DNA of 64,000 nt from Gnetum montanum. Taxonomy: Eukaryota > Plantae > Gnetophyta. How positions within the stretch are numbered: the stretch's first letter is position 1; each line of letters begins with the position of its first letter. Under the pieces are notes generated by a model. That model searched no databases, was not told the DNA's origin, and saw only the letters and a list, made by a program, of their open reading frames with translations. Shown here piece after piece: positions 58,751 through 64,000 of this stretch. The stretch is taken from positions 197,540-261,539 of the forward strand of contig MNCI01002773.1 in the NCBI GenBank assembly GCA_015680685.1, read 5' to 3'. The translations under genes and the position numbers were made by a program.

Positions 58751-61049
58751 GTACTAACACTACCTCTGTTGATGGATAGCCCTGCTCATTATTTCAGATC
58801 TCCTCCTTCCAACTTAGTCATGGGGGAGATGGCCACCAATGCTAATTATTCTAAGCCCTCAGTTTCTTTTATCTTTTTTGTTTTACACCTTTTTGTTTTA
58901 CACATTTTTCATATTTACTTATTTTTGTTTTACACCATCATTAAAATTTTTACTATTTCTTTCTTTGTTACGTTTTGTTTGATTTATTCTCACTTGTCAC
59001 ATAATAAGTGCTCATGATGGTGGGTTGTACTATAATGGTGTTGACTGTTAATGTTTGGTTTTTACCTTTGGCTTTTAATGTTGATGCTAAGATATGGTTT
59101 CTTTTGATAAAATAGTCAATGAGTCTATGTCATCCATTCAACTCTATGGTCTCCCTTTTTTTTGGAAATGTACTTTCCCTTTTTCTACCCAAATCTATTA
59201 ATGAATTTGTGGCTTGGTATTCTTCAAACCAAGGAAAGATTCAAATTGATTGAAAAGAGTGTGACTTCAAGGGGATTCGATGCGTTTGTGCTGAGTATTC
59301 TCTTGGGTACTTGGCTGTTTTTCATAGGTTTTTTGGCATTCCATTGTCGACTAATATCAAGAAGTTGAATGAATCAAATAAGTCTTTGAATCATCTATTA
59401 TTTATGTGGAGAGTATTCATAAATTGTTTAACATACTGATCTTTCACTAAAAAAATGTACATGAGTTCTACCTTTGGGTAAATTTGCTATTTCTATAGTT
59501 TTGGCATTTTTGCAGTATGCACTTCTTTACCATGTCAATTTTATCATTGTTATCTTACCTTTGTCATCATCGTCATAGCTTTGTCATAATGAAATTATGA
59601 GCTCTCTAGTTTTGGCATTTCAATAATTTATAGTTAGACTTTTTTTTCTTCTATTTTCATACTAATAGCAATAGATAACATCCCTCTTTTTTTTTTCTTT
59701 TTTCCCCCCATACTAATGACATAGGTAATAACATCCCTACTTGTGATTTTTGAAGTTTATGCTTCAATGTCTAGGCAAGATCATGTTCATAAACTTAGTA
59801 CAATAATAATAATTTTTTTATATAGACATGATGAACATTAGGACAAGTGCATACATGGAAGGCTCATTAACCATGGAGCTCATCTTTAGCACAATGCTTT
59901 GGGCATGAATGAGACTTAAAATTGGGGGGAGCAAAAATGGAATAACTGAATAATGATCCAATGAATGAATGTAATCAATTTTAGGTAGAAGCTAATAGAA
60001 TAATAAATATATAAAATATAAGTATATGCAAGAAAAAAATTAAGTAATTAGTCAATAATAATTAGGCCTTAATCCAATGGGGGCCATTAGCAAGGCTCTT
60101 GATGAACAAGGTATAGCCTATGAAAACCTTACCACATGCACCCTTAGCTCACATGCGCAAAACACAGCTTTGTGATCTAGGTCCTTAACACTAATATAGC
60201 TTAAAAACATAGTTTGGCCATGAAACCAAACACATATGTGCTAAGGTAAAAAGCACTTAAAAACCTAAAATAGCTTTACGATGAAAATTGCATATGCACT
60301 AAGGCAAAAAATGGGAGGAAAAAGCCATAAAACTTTTGAAAAAGAAAAACGTGGGTTTGCGGATTGTGATTTGGCAGCTTTATGCGATTTAGGGTATGAT
60401 GCATATGAAATGTGATGATGAATAGTGCATATTGATCAACGGATAAGCATTGCCCAATGATCATTGAAGTATTAGAGAGCATGGTACTAAAACACATGTT
60501 AGTTAAAAAAATGGCAACACACTAATACCCCAATAGAACTGTTACAAAGCATGGAACTAACGACATGTTGGTTATAACAGTGGCATCAAATTAATAACCC
60601 AATCGGAACCAAAAAGGGGGACCGTTGCTATTGTGGAAATGCTTGTCTATGGGGTGGGACTAACTGTGGCTTGTCGATATTGTGGTTGCCAGAATTGGCT
60701 TGTTGGTATCATGGCTGCGGTGATGATTTACTCTTCTATAGGTGGGCTGATTATTCCAAGTGGTGTAGCTATATTGAGTGTGCATTATGCTATTGAGGAG
60801 TGGGGCCATGCTTGAGCACTGAAATGGGGGACTTTCTTCCATCAATGGCTAAGATTGGTGAGGATTTCTGGGTGAGCAGTGTGGTGCCTGTGCTTGCCTC
60901 TTGCCTTCCAATGAACAAGCTTCTCGGTGAGTCTATTCCTTTTTTTTCTTCACTCTCTGCTTTGATTCCTTGAAGTGCTTGGGATGGGCCCCAACGAGTC
61001 TACATGACCTAAACTATCTCTTCTTTTTCTAATGTTGGAGGGAAAAAAT

Positions 61050-62184
61050 GGAAAATAATGGACTCCTCCAATAGTGAGTCGCAAATCATTGAGAATACCA
61101 CTAATATGGATGATAATGACAACATCTTATGTTTCGACTTTCCTGAAAACATCTTTCATCAAACCAGTTAAACCTTCACTCAACTTTATGCAATTGGCTT
61201 TTTTACTAACAAGATTCCTTCTACCTCAATTTTCCACTAGTGGGTTAAAAAGTCTTGGAAACCATGAAACCCTATATTAACCCTAGCTTCTAATCTTATG
61301 AGAGGGGTTTTTCTTTTACTTTTGAAATCAAGGCTATGGAAGACTCCATGAAACAAAAATCTATTTGGGACATTTATCTATCCTTTTAGTGCTTCAACCT
61401 TGGAAGGAGGATTTTGACCTAGAAAAAGAAAGAAAAAGTATTTTTCTAGTATGGATAGAATTTTCAAGACTCCCATCACACTTTACTTCACATGTTGACA
61501 TTCTTGCTGCTCAAGGAGGTTATTGGTATAGAGTCCTTTTTAGGTTTTCATTCGAGACCAACTTGACACGTTTGTGTTAAAATTGATATGCAAAAGCAAC
61601 AACTAGACTCATTGGAGTTTAATGTTAAAGGAAAGACTTTTGTGCAAAAGATTTCATATCTTATACTCCCAAATCGTTGTTATTATTATCTTGAGCCTAA
61701 TCATCGAAAATCTCAATGTCCCAAGCTATTGGCCAAAATTGAAGCTAAGAGAATTTTAGCTGAACAGGTTAGTAAAGAATTAAAAGATAAAAATATATCT
61801 AAGGATATAGGTAATGATGCTATTGAGGTGCACCCCTCAAATAATTTGTCTCCTTCAGACCCTAAGATGATAGATGCAGAAAATATGAATATTGAGGTTA
61901 TTAATGCTGCTAAGAATCCTCTTAACCAAAAAGGGGCTCCTAAAGATGCTATTGGTAGTTGGGAGCAAATTACCCAGAAATCTTATGCCTCAGTCATACG
62001 TGATAATCCTATATTTAGTGATTTCCCAAAAGGGTACCAATCCTCAGTTGTTGCTAATGCTAATCATTTTGCTAACAGAAGAACAAGTGCTCGTCATCCT
62101 TTAGTGAATAGCTTTGAGTCCATGAATTCTTTTAAGACTTTAGTAGTTGAGGAAGATCCTCCTTCATCTTCACATTCACAATGA
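61050..62184 (+). pseudogene. LINE ORF1 (RRM/DUF4283-like region plus CCHC knuckle remnant)
   Basis: ORF pieces 61365-61580 and 61588-62184. Confidence 0.75.
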
Positions 62185-63601
62185 AGTATCTTTCATGGAA
62201 TGTTAGGTGACTCTCGGATCCCCGTAGAAGATATATAGTCCAAGATTATATTCTTAGGCATAACCTCAATGTTGCCTTTATTCAAGAAGTTAAAATCCAA
62301 GGATTCTATCTTCAAACTTGTTGTAGGAGTATTTTTTCCAAGTTATTATGTCTCTTCTCACCATGAGCATGGTAAAGGGGGAGCTATAATTATTCTTCAC
62401 AGTAAGTGGTAGGAGTTTGTTATTGATCATGGTTATGATAATTTAGGGTATTTTTGTTGGGTTCAATTACACTACGCTAACGAAATCCTGGGTTTCATTT
62501 CCATTGACACTCCTTGTAGTCGAAATGACCAAAAGCTTTCTTGGGATTGGCTTGGGCACAACTTGCCTAAAGCTAATTGGGTCATTGTAGGAGACTTTAA
62601 TATGATTGAGAATCCAAAGGATAAATTTGGAGGACATAGAGGTGGTTTAGACAACAGTGAGCTTTCCTTTTGGCTTCCATTGAAAAGAAAATTGAATTTG
62701 TAGGAAACTAATGGAAATTACCCCTCTTCTAGTACTTCTAATTAGTTTACTTGGATCAATGCTAGATAAGGAGACTCCTACATTTCTTCTAGGTTGGATA
62801 AGGCTTACATGTCTAGAAATTCTTTTATTAAATATACTACCATCAATGATGCTCTTGTTTTGGTAGATTATACCCAGGTTATGTTTGATCATTATCCTAT
62901 TCATTGGTCTCTTTCCCTTTCTGGCTACTCCTGCTTTTCCAATGATCTTTATATTTTTAACACTACCTTTATTTATAGCAACTCCTTGTTCTCTTTATTG
63001 ATGCAAATATGGAATCTTCATCTTAAACCCCTTGGAGAAGATGGTTGGATTGATGGTGGACTAATGCTTGTACTCACCTACAAGAGTTTTCCAAACATGT
63101 AAGTAAACTGGTGGCATCTCATCTTAATTCTCATAAGTCCAACCTTCTTAAGGAAATCTCCTTATTACAAAATGCTATTAATAAAGGCAAAGCTATTGAG
63201 GCTCAATTTTGTCATTTGAAAATAGCCAAGGAGAACATGTGTATTATGGATCACCATGAAGCTAGAGGTGCTCGCCTTTGTGCCTATCTTTCTTGGCTTT
63301 ATATGGATGACTAGGCTACTAAAGATTTTTTTTGTCTCCTTAAAGGGAAACTCCCCTTCCCTAAAATCCTAGCTATTCAAGTTAATGATAATATCTTTAC
63401 CTCCAAGATTGACATCTTACAGTCTTTCTTTGATTTTTATTCTATTAATTTTCATAAAGAAGATATTGATCCCATTGCTGTGAATACCTGCTTAGGAGTT
63501 ATTGCTTCTTTTAATCAATCAATCTTTGGTGATGCTACTCTTCTTTCTAAATAGAATCTTGGTAAGGCTCTTCAACAACTTCACAATGGCAAAGCCCCTA
63601 A
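62181..63601 (+). pseudogene. LINE ORF2 N-terminal part (APE endonuclease, linker)
   Basis: APE motifs as above; ATG overlaps the ORF1 stop (ATGA). Confidence 0.85.
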
Positions 63602-64000
63602 NAAGCTTCCTTATACATACTATAGGTAGTATCGTGAAGAGTGGGCTAGAATTTCTTGAAAAATTCTGGAGGAAGACCATCCATATTAGGGGCTCCATAT
63701 TAGGGGCTTTGCCATTGTGAAGTTGTTGAAGAGCCTTACCAAGATTCTATTTAGAAAGAAGAGTAGCATCACCAAAGATTGATTGATTAAAAGAAGCAAT
63801 AACTCCTAAGCAGGTATTCACAGCAATGGGATCAATATCTTCTTTATGAAAATTAATAGAATAAAAATCAAAGAAAGACTGTAAGATGTCAATCTTGGAG
63901 GTAAAGATATTATCATTAACTTGAATAGCTAGGATTTTAGGGAAGGGGAGTTTCCCTTTAAGGAGACAAAAAAAATCTTTAGTAGCCTAGTCATCCATAT
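63301..64000. repeat. Perfect inverted duplication around the N at 63602 (arms 63301-63601 and 63700-64000), probably an assembly artefact
   Basis: 63700-64000 is the reverse complement of 63301-63601 with no mismatch seen. Confidence 0.85.

Larger units (their letters stand above)
51400..60470 (+). mobile_element. Athila-like Ty3/gypsy element (5' LTR, PBS, gag, PR-RT-RH-INT, 3' region); 3' LTR not seen
   Basis: LTR and Asp PBS; full gypsy domain order without chromodomain or aRH; Athila-like 3' motif cttaaaattggggggag at ~59916. Right end approximate. Confidence 0.85.
60600..63601 (+). mobile_element. L1-clade LINE, decayed (5' UTR, ORF1, ORF2 APE endonuclease to start of RT)
   Basis: ORF1 motifs LQPW..DF...VWIEF..LP and zinc-knuckle remnant LPNRCYYYLEPNHRKSQCP; ORF2 MKYLSWNVR.L, FIQEVK, WVIVGDFNMIE, SRLDKAY, DHYPI, NGKAP. 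5' end approximate. Confidence 0.88.

Noticed and set aside
58769-59368. Hydrophobic short ORFs after integrase as an env-like gene
   Set aside because: T-rich 3' UTR gives Phe/Leu/Ile-rich translations; no long frame or recognisable env-like motif.

Overview
This is eukaryotic, land-plant-type DNA: AT-rich, CG/CHG-depleted, with no intact host gene, RNA gene or CRISPR array. It is a nest of decayed retrotransposons. There are three copies of an Athila-like Ty3/gypsy family (1-1801 minus, ~2600-5050 plus, 51400-~60470 plus; LTR ends TGATGAG...CTCATCA, tRNA-Asp PBS) and a second Athila-like gag relic. There are three members of a giant Tat-like Ty3/gypsy family with a tRNA-Asn PBS (A: 9057-32919 plus, which retains dual RNase H; B: 15607-~20700 minus, nested in A and internally deleted; C: 32920-~44590 minus). 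Also present are a Ty1/copia pol relic, a short non-autonomous copia-type element and an L1-like LINE running into an assembly break. Main result: Tat elements A and C both carry, directly after the gag-protease stop (in A, between protease and RT), an antisense gene of about 8 exons. Its first and last exon lengths and first intron phases are conserved between the two diverged copies. The reconstructed protein has an FCP1/NIF-type (HAD-superfamily, CTD-phosphatase-like) domain lacking the catalytic aspartates, then a plant-transposon/PMD-like domain and a coiled coil. In A, an array of palindromic CACGCTGG/CCAGCGTG-derived motifs with ~190 bp spacing lies between this gene and pol, and the same motif is reiterated in the LTRs. 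All domain calls come from motif recognition by eye on decayed frames; no database search was run. Approximate boundaries are flagged.
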